Source: an uncultured Gemmatimonadaceae bacterium (lineage in GTDB: Bacteria; Gemmatimonadota; Gemmatimonadetes; Gemmatimonadales; GWC2-71-9). From it: DNA of 64,000 bases. Below are positions 7,750 through 16,274 of this stretch, piece by piece; the first letter of the stretch is position 1, and each line of letters starts with the position of its first letter. Below the pieces are notes generated by a model. It worked only from the letters and a program-made list of their open reading frames with translations, was not told the origin of the DNA and ran no database searches. The stretch is from the NCBI GenBank assembly GCA_964647615.1, contig CAZYIV010000007.1, forward strand, positions 1,950-65,949, written 5' to 3'. Made by a program: the position numbers and the translations under genes.

Positions 7750-9144
7750 GTGGCCAGCCGCCTGGAGGAGCTGACCCGCGCGGGCCGCGACCTCGCCGCC
7801 CACGGAAGCTTCGGCCTGCGCACCGCGCTGGAGGCGGTGCGCCACAACCGGCTCCGCGCGGCGCTCACCTCGCTCGGGATCCTGTTCGGGGTGGCCTCGG
7901 TCATCGCCATGCTGGCGGTGGGGAAGGGCGCCGAGCAGGAGATCCTGGAGCAGATGCGGCTGCTCGGCTCCAACAACGTCATGATCACCCCGCTGGTGGA
8001 GCAGAAGGAGGGGGAGGCCAAGGACGAGACCACCAAGGAGGTCAAGAAGTTCTCCCCCGGGCTCACCTACACCGACGCCGAGGCCCTCCGGCGGATGATC
8101 CCCGCCGTCGAGGCCACCAGCGCCGAGATCGTCCTCAATACCTCCATCACCCGGGAAGGCCGGCGCCGGAGCGGCAAGGTCCTCGGGGTGGATACCACTT
8201 ATTTCCGGCTCACCAACCTGGAGCTGGGCCGGGGCCACTGGTTCAACGAGGAGCAGGTGGCTCACGGCCTGCCGGTCGCGATCATCGGCGAGGGCCTCCG
8301 GACCCGGTTCTTCACCACCGAGGATCCGATCGGCAAGCCGATCAAGGTGGGCAACAGCTGGCTCACGGTCGTCGGGGTGCTCGCCGACCGGCGCGTCACC
8401 TCGGAGACGGTCAGCCGCCTCGGCATCCGCGACGCCAACATGGACGTGTACGTCCCGGTGCATACCCTGCTCCTGCGCTACCGGAACCGCGCGCTCCTCA
8501 CGCAGCGCGACATCGAAGCCGCCGCCCGGCAGGGCACCTTCACGCCCACCGGCGAGGAGGAGAGCGAGGAGGTCCGGGCGGAGCGCACCAACCCCAACCA
8601 GCTGGACCGGATCATCGTGCGGGTGGCCCGCTCGGACCAGGTGAGCGGCGTGTCCGAGGTGGCGCAGCGGATGCTGGCGCGGCGGCACAACGGCGTGGTG
8701 GACTTCGAGGTGACGGTGCCGGAACTGCTGCTCAAGCAGGAGCAGCGCACCCGCGCGATCTTCAACATCGTGCTCGGCGCGATCGCGTCCATCTCGCTGG
8801 TGGTGGGCGGGATCGGGATCATGAACATCATGCTGGCGTCGGTGCTGGAGCGGATCCGGGAGATCGGCGTCCGCCGGGCGGTCGGTGCCACCGAGCGCGA
8901 GATCCTGTTCCAGTTCCTGATGGAGGCGGTCCTGATCAGCGTCACCGGCGGGGTGGCCGGGGTGCTGCTCGGCACGGGGCTCAGCGTCGGCATCGAGCGC
9001 GCGGCCGGGGTGCGGACCATCGTCTCCATGCTGTCCATCCTGGTGGCCTTCGGCGTGTCGTTCGCGGTGGGGTTGCTGTTCGGCATTGTCCCCGCGATGC
9101 GCGCCGCCCGCCAGGACCCGGTCACCTCCCTCCGGTACGAGTGA
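7750..9144 (+). CDS. MacB-type ABC transporter permease (MacB_PCD + FtsX domains), no ATPase domain
   Basis: GTG start 4 nt after the macA-like stop. The protein has an N-terminal TM, a large periplasmic domain, and a C-terminal FtsX 3-TM bundle (IFNIVLGAIASISLVVGGIGIMNIMLASVLERIREIGVRRAVGA). No Walker motifs are present. Confidence 0.85.
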   Translation: MASRLEELTRAGRDLAAHGSFGLRTALEAVRHNRLRAALTSLGILFGVASVIAMLAVGKGAEQEILEQMRLLGSNNVMITPLVEQKEGEAKDETTKEVKKFSPGLTYTDAEALRRMIPAVEATSAEIVLNTSITREGRRRSGKVLGVDTTYFRLTNLELGRGHWFNEEQVAHGLPVAIIGEGLRTRFFTTEDPIGKPIKVGNSWLTVVGVLADRRVTSETVSRLGIRDANMDVYVPVHTLLLRYRNRALLTQRDIEAAARQGTFTPTGEEESEEVRAERTNPNQLDRIIVRVARSDQVSGVSEVAQRMLARRHNGVVDFEVTVPELLLKQEQRTRAIFNIVLGAIASISLVVGGIGIMNIMLASVLERIREIGVRRAVGATEREILFQFLMEAVLISVTGGVAGVLLGTGLSVGIERAAGVRTIVSMLSILVAFGVSFAVGLLFGIVPAMRAARQDPVTSLRYE

Positions 9145-9149
9145 GCCCC

Positions 9150-10610
9150 ATGCCCCGGAATTTCCTCACCGCCCTGGGCGTGCTGTGCGCCCTGCTCGGG
9201 GCCCGGCCGGCGCCCGTCGCGGCCCAGGCGCCGCTGACCCTGCAGGACGTGGTGGACCGGGCCCTGTCCAGGAGCCGGCTGGTGGAGGCGGCCCGGGCCA
9301 CGCGGGATGCCGCGCGCTACCGCGACCGCGCCTTCTACTCCGGTCAGCTGCCCCGGCTCTCGCTCGGCGGGCGGGTGCCGACCTACAATCGCTCGATCAT
9401 CTCGGTCATCCAGCCGGACGGCAGCACCAGCTTCCGGCCCCAGGACCAGGTGACCACCGACCTCAGCGCCACGCTGTCCCAGACGGTGCCGCTCACCGGG
9501 GCCGACGTGTTCGTGTCCTCCGCGCTCTCCCGGCTCTCGGTGACGGGCCAGAATTCATTCCGCACCTGGTCCTCGACCCCGGTGACGGTCGGCATCCGGC
9601 AGCCGCTGTTCCAGCCCAACGCCGCGGGCTGGGACCGGCGGGAGGAGCCGTTCCGTGCCGAGCTGGCGGAGCGGCAGTACCGCGAGACCCGGGAGGACAT
9701 CGCGCTGGAGGCGGTGAGCCGGTTCTTCGACCTGTACGCCGCCGAGGTGGCGTTCCGGAACGCGGACGGCAACGCCGCGACCAACGACACCCTCTACACC
9801 CTCAACCAGGGCCGCTTCCAGGTCGGCAAGATCGGCGAGAACGACCTGCTGCAGAGCGAGCTGGCGCTGCTCCGTTCCCGTAATGCCCTCGACGGCGCGC
9901 GGCTCACCGCCGAGCGGGCCCGCGCCGCGCTCCGGCTGCTGCTCGACCTGCCCCCCGGCGAGCCGCTCGCGATTGACGCCAGCGCGGAGGTCCCGGACGT
10001 CACCCCCGACACCGCACTGGCGGTGCAGGAGGCGCTGCGCAACCGGGCCCTCGCCAGCGACGCCGACCTGCAGGCGGTGCAGGCGCGGCGCCGGGTGTCG
10101 GAGGCGCAGCTCAACAACGGGCTGGGCGCCACGGTCTCCGCCAGCTACGGCTTCAACGCCACCGGCGGCACCGCCCGCGACGCCTACCAGAACCTGCTCG
10201 AGGCGCGCCAGTTCACGGTGGCGGTGGACATCCCGCTGCTGCAGTGGGGGCTCCGGAAGGAGAGCGTGGCGGCGGCCCGGGCCGACCAGGAGCGGGTCCG
10301 GCAGGCGACGCGCCTCAGCCTGGACCAGCTGGCCCAGGATGCTCACTTCGCGGCGCTGGAGCTGGCGCAGGCCCGGAGCACGCTGACCCTCTCCGCCAAG
10401 GCGGACACCGTCGCCCAGCGGCGCTTCGAGGTGGCCTACAACCGCTACGTCATCGGCCGGATCGCGATCGACAACCTGTACATCGCCCAGAGCGAGAAGG
10501 ACGCGGCGCTGGGGCAGTACGTGCAGTCGCTGCGGGGCTTCTGGGCCGCCTACTACCGCCTGCGGCGGGTGACGCTCTTCGACTTCCAGACGGGGCAGCC
10601 GATCCGGTAA
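9150..10610 (+). CDS. TolC-family outer membrane efflux protein
   Basis: Signal peptide MPRNFLTALGVLCALLGARPAPVAAQA. The protein shows a duplicated helix/beta OEP-type architecture (LTLQDVVDRALSRSRLVEAARA...). The ORF-track frame from 7089 is only a 5' extension over the upstream genes. Confidence 0.85.
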   Translation: MPRNFLTALGVLCALLGARPAPVAAQAPLTLQDVVDRALSRSRLVEAARATRDAARYRDRAFYSGQLPRLSLGGRVPTYNRSIISVIQPDGSTSFRPQDQVTTDLSATLSQTVPLTGADVFVSSALSRLSVTGQNSFRTWSSTPVTVGIRQPLFQPNAAGWDRREEPFRAELAERQYRETREDIALEAVSRFFDLYAAEVAFRNADGNAATNDTLYTLNQGRFQVGKIGENDLLQSELALLRSRNALDGARLTAERARAALRLLLDLPPGEPLAIDASAEVPDVTPDTALAVQEALRNRALASDADLQAVQARRRVSEAQLNNGLGATVSASYGFNATGGTARDAYQNLLEARQFTVAVDIPLLQWGLRKESVAAARADQERVRQATRLSLDQLAQDAHFAALELAQARSTLTLSAKADTVAQRRFEVAYNRYVIGRIAIDNLYIAQSEKDAALGQYVQSLRGFWAAYYRLRRVTLFDFQTGQPIR

Positions 10611-10646
10611 CGGGCTGGCCGCGATCATTGACGGGCCTCCTCGGGA

Positions 10647-12281
10647 ATGAATATTGAGGGGATGCCCACCGCACCGCGGACGGAGGCGGGTCTGACCGTC
10701 CAGGTGATCGGTCCTCCCGGCTCCGATCCCGCCGCCGGGGACGCTCCCCGCGCCACGCCACCGGTCAGCACCGCGCTGCCTCCGGACCTGCTCGACGAGG
10801 TCCGGGGGCGGGTGCGGTTGCTCGCCCTGGTGCTCTGCATCGCCTTCGCCTTCGATCCCCTGGTTCTCGGCATCCGCTGGCTGCTCCCGATGCTCACCGG
10901 GGCGGCGCTGGATGCCGACTTCGGGGTGGACCTCCCCTACGCGCTCTGCTCCGGAGTGGTGGCGCTGGCATCGCTGTGGCTGTGGCGCTTCGCGGGAAAC
11001 CGCGAGCGGTCGGCCACCCGGCTGCTCAACATCGGGCTGGCCTACGAGGTGCTCGTCTGCCTCGTGATCAGCGCCACCGACGTGGTCCCCTACTACCGGA
11101 GCACCGGGCTCGTGCCCAGCATGACCTGGGTGCCCGCGGTCGTGATCTTCTTCCCGCTGGTCCTCCCGGGGCCCCCGCGCCGCATGCTGCTGGCGGCCAT
11201 CCTCTCCGCGGCCACCGGCCCGCTCACCCTCGTGTTCCTCGACGTCAGCGGCCGGATCACCGTGGACCCGGGCGCCTATTTCCGCTGGACGGTGCACGGC
11301 CTCTTCGCGGTGCTGATCTCCTACGCGGGCGCGCGGGTGGTGTACGGCCTCGGCCGGGAGGTCGCCCGCGCCCGCGAACTGGGCAGCTACCACCTGGGCG
11401 AGATGCTCGGCCGGGGCGGGATGGGTGAGGTCTACCGCGCCACCCACCGCATGCTGGCGCGGCCCGCGGCCATCAAGCTCATCCGCCCCGAGATGATCGG
11501 CGGCGGGGATGCCGAGGCGGCGCGGATCGCGATCCGGCGCTTCCGCCGCGAGGCGGAGGCGGCGGCGTCGCTGCGCTCGCCCCACACGGTGGAGCTGTAC
11601 GACTTCGGGGTCACCGCGGAGGGGACGTTCTACTTCGTGATGGAACTGCTGGAGGGGCTGGACCTCGAGACCCTGGTGCGGCGCGAGGGGCCGCTCCCCG
11701 CGCCGCGGGTGGTGCACGTCCTGCGACAGGTGTGCGCCTCGCTGGCGGAGGCCCATGCCCGGAGCCTGGTGCACCGGGACATCAAGCCGGCCAACATTCA
11801 CATCGGCCGGCTGGGGCTGCAGCACGACTTCGTGAAGGTGCTGGACTTCGGGCTGGTGAAGTCCTCCGCGCCGGACGAGGCCGGCCAGTCCCACGCCACC
11901 GGCGCGGGGATGGCCGCGGGAACGCCGGGCTACATGGCCCCCGAGGTCGCGCTGGGCGAGGCGGTGGATGGTCGCGCGGATCTCTACGCGCTGGGCTGCG
12001 TGGGCTACTTCCTCCTCACCGGCCGCCTGGTATTCGAGGGGGGCAACGGGCTCCAGATGGTGGCCCGCCACGTGCGCGACCAGCCGGTCCCGCCCTCGCA
12101 GCGCACCGAACTCCCGGTGCCGGCGGACCTCGAGGCGCTGCTGCTCGGCTGCCTGGCCAAGGAGCCGGCGGGGCGGCCCCAATCCGCGCTGGTGCTGGGG
12201 CGGCAGCTGGCCGAGCTGGCGGTCGAGCCGTGGACCGAGGCGGAGGCCGCCGGCTGGTGGCAGGCCCACCACCCCGCATGA
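10647..12281 (+). CDS. Ser/Thr protein kinase with multi-TM N-terminal domain (kinase at the C-terminus)
   Basis: Hanks motifs GRGGMGEVYRA, AIK, HRDIKPANI, DFG and GYMAPE lie in the C-terminal half. There are about 5-6 hydrophobic helices in residues ~60-240. ATG 10662 is an alternative start. Confidence 0.85.
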   Translation: MNIEGMPTAPRTEAGLTVQVIGPPGSDPAAGDAPRATPPVSTALPPDLLDEVRGRVRLLALVLCIAFAFDPLVLGIRWLLPMLTGAALDADFGVDLPYALCSGVVALASLWLWRFAGNRERSATRLLNIGLAYEVLVCLVISATDVVPYYRSTGLVPSMTWVPAVVIFFPLVLPGPPRRMLLAAILSAATGPLTLVFLDVSGRITVDPGAYFRWTVHGLFAVLISYAGARVVYGLGREVARARELGSYHLGEMLGRGGMGEVYRATHRMLARPAAIKLIRPEMIGGGDAEAARIAIRRFRREAEAAASLRSPHTVELYDFGVTAEGTFYFVMELLEGLDLETLVRREGPLPAPRVVHVLRQVCASLAEAHARSLVHRDIKPANIHIGRLGLQHDFVKVLDFGLVKSSAPDEAGQSHATGAGMAAGTPGYMAPEVALGEAVDGRADLYALGCVGYFLLTGRLVFEGGNGLQMVARHVRDQPVPPSQRTELPVPADLEALLLGCLAKEPAGRPQSALVLGRQLAELAVEPWTEAEAAGWWQAHHPA

Positions 12282-13690
12282 CTGCTTCCGCCGACGGGGC
12301 CCGCCCGCTCGACCGCCTGCTCGGACTGGTGACGGTGGTGCATCCGGGTGAGGGGCCCACCGCGCTGCTGCTGGCGGCCAATGTCTTCCTGCTGCTCACG
12401 GCGTACTACGTCATCAAGCCGGCGCGCGAGGCGCTGATCCTCGCCGCGGACGGGGCGGAGGTGAAATCCTACGCCGCTGCTGGCCAGGCGGTGCTGCTGC
12501 TGGTGCTGGTGCCCCTCTATGGCGCGCTGGCGGACCGGCTGCCGAGACGGCGGCTGCTCAACGCAGTGACCGCGTTCTTCGTGGCGTGCCTGCTCGGCTT
12601 TGCGCTGCTGGCCCGGGCGGGTGTGCCGGTCGGGGTGCCCTTCTTCCTCTGGGTGGGGATCTTCAACCTGATGGTCGTGGCCCAGTTCTGGGCCTTCGCC
12701 AACGACCTCTACACCCGGGACCAGGGCGAGCGGCTGTTCCCGGTGGTCGCCTTCGGCGCCTCGGTGGGCGCGGTGGCGGGGAGCGCGGTGGCCGGCGGGC
12801 TGATTCCGCTGGTGGGTGTGCCGGCGCTGTTGCCGGTCGCCGCGGTCCTGCTCGCGGCGGCGACGATGCTCGGCAATGTCGCCGACGCACGCGAGCGCGC
12901 CCGCTGCGAAGCCGGGCTGCCCCCGGCGCTCACCACCGCGGAGATCCCCGCGGCCACCGGCGAGTACCTGGTGCAGGAGACGGCCGCCGACTCGGAGGAC
13001 CGTGTGACGGTCTCGCTGCCCGGCACGCCTGGGCGCCGGGGGACCTTCCGCCTGGTCTTCGGCAACCGGTACCTGCTGGGGATCGCGCTGCTGCTGCTGA
13101 TGGTCAACTGGGTCAACACCACCGGCGAGTACCTGCTGGGCCGCACCGTGGCGCAGGCCGCGGAACAGGCGATCGCCGCCGGCACCGCGGGCGGCCTCAG
13201 CGCGGGCGAGTACATCGGGGCATTCTACTCCCGGTTCTTCCTGGGGGTGAACGTCCTGGGCCTGCTGCTGCAGTTCTTCGTGGTGGCGCGGCTGATCCGC
13301 TGGGTGGGCGTGCGCTGGGCAGTGCTCGCGTTGCCGCTCCTGGCGCTGGCGGGCTACATCTGCCTGGTGTTCGTGCCCGCGCTGGCGGTGATCCGCTGGG
13401 TGAAGACGGCGGAGAACGCCACCGACTACTCCCTGCAGAACACGGTGCGCAACGTGCTCTTCCTGCCCACGACGCGGGACCAGAAATACAAGGCGAAGCA
13501 GGTCATTGACGGCTTCTTCGTGCGGGCCGGCGACGTGCTCTCCGCCGCCTCGATCTACGTGGGCACCACCTGGCTGGCCTTCGGCACCACCGCCTTCGCG
13601 GCACTCAACCTGGCGCTGGGCGTGGTGTGGCTGGCGCTGGCCGCGGCGACGGGGCGGGGCTACGCACGGCTCGCCGGGAGGCTGGCATGA
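12278..13690 (+). CDS. TLC/AAA-family (ATP:ADP translocase-like) nucleotide-transporter homologue
   Basis: The ATG overlaps the kinase stop (ATGA). 470 aa, about 12 TM. It carries the family hallmark FWAFANDLYTRDQGERLFPVVAFGASVGAV and an N-terminal LLLTAYYVIKPAREAL helix. Confidence 0.75.
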   Translation: MTASADGARPLDRLLGLVTVVHPGEGPTALLLAANVFLLLTAYYVIKPAREALILAADGAEVKSYAAAGQAVLLLVLVPLYGALADRLPRRRLLNAVTAFFVACLLGFALLARAGVPVGVPFFLWVGIFNLMVVAQFWAFANDLYTRDQGERLFPVVAFGASVGAVAGSAVAGGLIPLVGVPALLPVAAVLLAAATMLGNVADARERARCEAGLPPALTTAEIPAATGEYLVQETAADSEDRVTVSLPGTPGRRGTFRLVFGNRYLLGIALLLLMVNWVNTTGEYLLGRTVAQAAEQAIAAGTAGGLSAGEYIGAFYSRFFLGVNVLGLLLQFFVVARLIRWVGVRWAVLALPLLALAGYICLVFVPALAVIRWVKTAENATDYSLQNTVRNVLFLPTTRDQKYKAKQVIDGFFVRAGDVLSAASIYVGTTWLAFGTTAFAALNLALGVVWLALAAATGRGYARLAGRLA

Positions 13691-16212
13691 GCGCACGAGC
13701 GGCGCTGGCCGTGCTCCTCCTCATCAGCACCGGGGCGGCGGGACAGGTGGCGCGGATCTCCCCGGCGCCCGCGCCGGGCACCACCTCGGTGATCGCCCCG
13801 ATCGGCGAGCGCTATGCCGGCGGCTGGCTGCGCCGCTTCCTGCTCGGCAGCAACTACCGGGAGCTCTGGTCCGCCCCCGTCACGATTCCGGTGCTCGACC
13901 TCGAAGGCTGGCATGGCGGGCTCACGCCGGTCTCCCGCGGTGGCGGGCAGCAGACGACCAGCCTGCGGCTGCACGCCGCCGACGGCACCGATCACTACTT
14001 CCGGTCCATCGACAAGGACCCGACACCCAATCTCCCGCCCGAGCTGGTAGGGACCGTCGCCGCCGGCATCGTCCAGGACCAGATCAGCAGCGCCCTGCCC
14101 ACGGCCCCGCTGGTGGTGGCCCCGCTGCTCGAGGCGGCCGGCGTGCTGCATGGGACGCCCGAACTCTACATCCTGCCGGATGACGAACGGCTGGGGGAGT
14201 TCCGCCCCGCACTGGCCGGGCTCATCGGCATGCTGGAGCCGCGGATTGGACCGGGGTGGGGCGGCGCGACGGAGGTGATCTCCGGCGACGAACTGTTCGA
14301 GCGGGTGGCGCGGAGCCCCGACGACCGGGTGGACGTGCCCGCGCTCCTCACGGCCCGGCTGGTGGACATGCTGGTGGGCGACTGGGACCGCCATCGGGAC
14401 CAGTGGTCGTGGGCGAGGTTCGGCGATGCAGTGCCGCGGCGCTGGGTGCCGGTGCCGCGGGACCGCGACTTTGCCATGGTGAGCTACGACGGCCTTCTGC
14501 TTGCTGCCGCGCGGATGAGCCTGCCGCAGTTGATCGCCTTCAAGCCGACCTACCCGGACATCCTGGGCCTCACCTGGAACGGCCGGGAACTGGACCGCTA
14601 CTTCCTGCTGGAGCTGGCGCCCGCCGCCTGGGATTCGATCGCCGCCGCGGTGCAGGGCGCGGTCACCGACCGCGTGATCGCCGGCGCCGTCGAGCGGCTG
14701 CCGCCGGAGCACCGCGCGCTCATCGGGGACCGGCTCGAGGTCACGCTGCGCCAGCGCCGCGATGGCCTCCCGGCTGTCGCGCGGCGATTCCACCGCATGC
14801 TCGCGGAGCAGGTGGACCTCTTTGCGACCGACGCCTCCGAGGTGGCTGAGGTGACCTCGGCCGGGGACCACGCGGCCCGGGTGCGGCTCGGGCGCCCGGG
14901 CGAGGCGCCCTACTTCGACCAGGTGTTCGACCGCCGGGACACGCGGGAACTGCGCCTGTTCCTTCGCGGGGGCGACGACACCGCCCGGGTGGAGGGTCAC
15001 CGGCCGGACGGCATCCGGGTACGGGTGATCGGCGGTGATGGGGCCGACGTGGTGGAGGCCGCCCCGGGCGGCGCCCGCGCCTACGACACCGATCCGGGGA
15101 CGGTGGTCAGCGCGGGGGTGCACCTCGACCGGCGGCGGTACACGCCGCCACCCAAGCGCATCCCGACCGAGATTCCGCCGCGGGACTGGGGGCACCGGTG
15201 GCAGTCGGGGGGCCTGGTCAGCGGCGGGCCGGATATCGGCGTGCTGCTGGGTGTCAGCCGGACCTACACGGCGTACCGCTTCCGCACCCTCCCGTTCGCG
15301 AGCCGGCACCGGTTCCGCGCCGGCGTCGCCACCGGGCCGTGGACGTATCGGGCCGACTACAAGGGTGAGTTCCGCCCCGAGAACTCGCGCAGCCTCGCGG
15401 TGCTGCGCCTGCGCGCCTCGGGCATCGACGTCCTGCGGTTCCACGGCCTCGGCAACGAGACCTCGATCACCGATTCGCGGACCTTCTATCGCGTCACCCA
15501 GCAGCAGTATGGGGTCGAGCTGTCGCTGGTGGAGCCGCTGGGCCGGCACGGCGAGTTCTCGATCGGCCCGCGCGGGCGATATGTGTCCACCGACGACCGG
15601 CCCGGGCGCTTCCTCGCCACGCTCAACGCCTATGGCGCCGATGGTTTCGGGGAGGTGGGCGCGCACGGGACCCTGACGCTCGACTCGCGCCCCGCGCCGA
15701 ACGCCGCCACCACGGGGATCCGGCTCACGGCCGGCGGGTCGGTGTATCCCGCGTGGTGGGATGTGACGGAGGCCTATGGCGAGCTGCATGGCGAGGCCGC
15801 CACGGTGCTCAACCTCCCCGCGCCGCTCGACCCCTCGCTCCGGGTACGCGTGGGCGGCCAGCGGATCTGGGGCAAGTACCCGTACTTTGATGCCGCCTTC
15901 ATCGGCGGGGCCGGCACGGTGCGGCTGGGACGGGAGAACCGCTTCGCCGGCGACGCCAGCGCCTGGCTCAACAGCGAGCTGCGGCTGGCGCTGGGCCGCC
16001 TCTTCCTTGGCGCGCCATCGGACTTCGGCGTCCTCGGCCTGGGAGACGTCGGCCGGGTGTTCCTCGCAGGCGAGCACTCGGATGTGTGGCACGGCGCGGC
16101 GGGTGGCGGGGTCTGGGTCTCGATCCTCGACCGCGCCAACAGCATGAGCCTGGTCGTGGCGCGGGGCGAGGAACGCACCGCGTTCTACTTCCAGGCCGGC
16201 TTCGGCTTCTGA
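13687..16212 (+). CDS. exported 841-aa protein: unknown N-terminal domain (GDWDRHRDQW motif) plus C-terminal beta-barrel
   Basis: The ATG overlaps the upstream stop (ATGA). Signal peptide MSARAALAVLLLISTGAAGQ. The C-terminal ~350 aa have alternating-hydrophobic strands and end in ...AFYFQAGFGF (terminal aromatic), typical of OM barrels. Confidence 0.65.
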   Translation: MSARAALAVLLLISTGAAGQVARISPAPAPGTTSVIAPIGERYAGGWLRRFLLGSNYRELWSAPVTIPVLDLEGWHGGLTPVSRGGGQQTTSLRLHAADGTDHYFRSIDKDPTPNLPPELVGTVAAGIVQDQISSALPTAPLVVAPLLEAAGVLHGTPELYILPDDERLGEFRPALAGLIGMLEPRIGPGWGGATEVISGDELFERVARSPDDRVDVPALLTARLVDMLVGDWDRHRDQWSWARFGDAVPRRWVPVPRDRDFAMVSYDGLLLAAARMSLPQLIAFKPTYPDILGLTWNGRELDRYFLLELAPAAWDSIAAAVQGAVTDRVIAGAVERLPPEHRALIGDRLEVTLRQRRDGLPAVARRFHRMLAEQVDLFATDASEVAEVTSAGDHAARVRLGRPGEAPYFDQVFDRRDTRELRLFLRGGDDTARVEGHRPDGIRVRVIGGDGADVVEAAPGGARAYDTDPGTVVSAGVHLDRRRYTPPPKRIPTEIPPRDWGHRWQSGGLVSGGPDIGVLLGVSRTYTAYRFRTLPFASRHRFRAGVATGPWTYRADYKGEFRPENSRSLAVLRLRASGIDVLRFHGLGNETSITDSRTFYRVTQQQYGVELSLVEPLGRHGEFSIGPRGRYVSTDDRPGRFLATLNAYGADGFGEVGAHGTLTLDSRPAPNAATTGIRLTAGGSVYPAWWDVTEAYGELHGEAATVLNLPAPLDPSLRVRVGGQRIWGKYPYFDAAFIGGAGTVRLGRENRFAGDASAWLNSELRLALGRLFLGAPSDFGVLGLGDVGRVFLAGEHSDVWHGAAGGGVWVSILDRANSMSLVVARGEERTAFYFQAGFGF

Positions 16213-16274
16213 GCCGGGCGCAACCGGCGGACCGCCGCGCGACGGCGCTCGCGGCGCTGACCGGCGCGCTGCTG

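Noticed and set aside
7089-10610. 1173-aa plus-strand ORF suggesting a giant TolC fusion
   Set aside because: The first ~690 codons are an out-of-frame read over macA/macB with Arg/Gly/Pro junk composition. A signal peptide and TolC-like sequence begin at ATG 9150.
6217-12272. Long minus-strand ORFs (6217..8688, 9555..12272) opposite the efflux and kinase genes
   Set aside because: These are typical GC-driven antisense ORFs with no motifs and extreme Arg/Gly/His/Pro content. The sense strand is confidently assigned.
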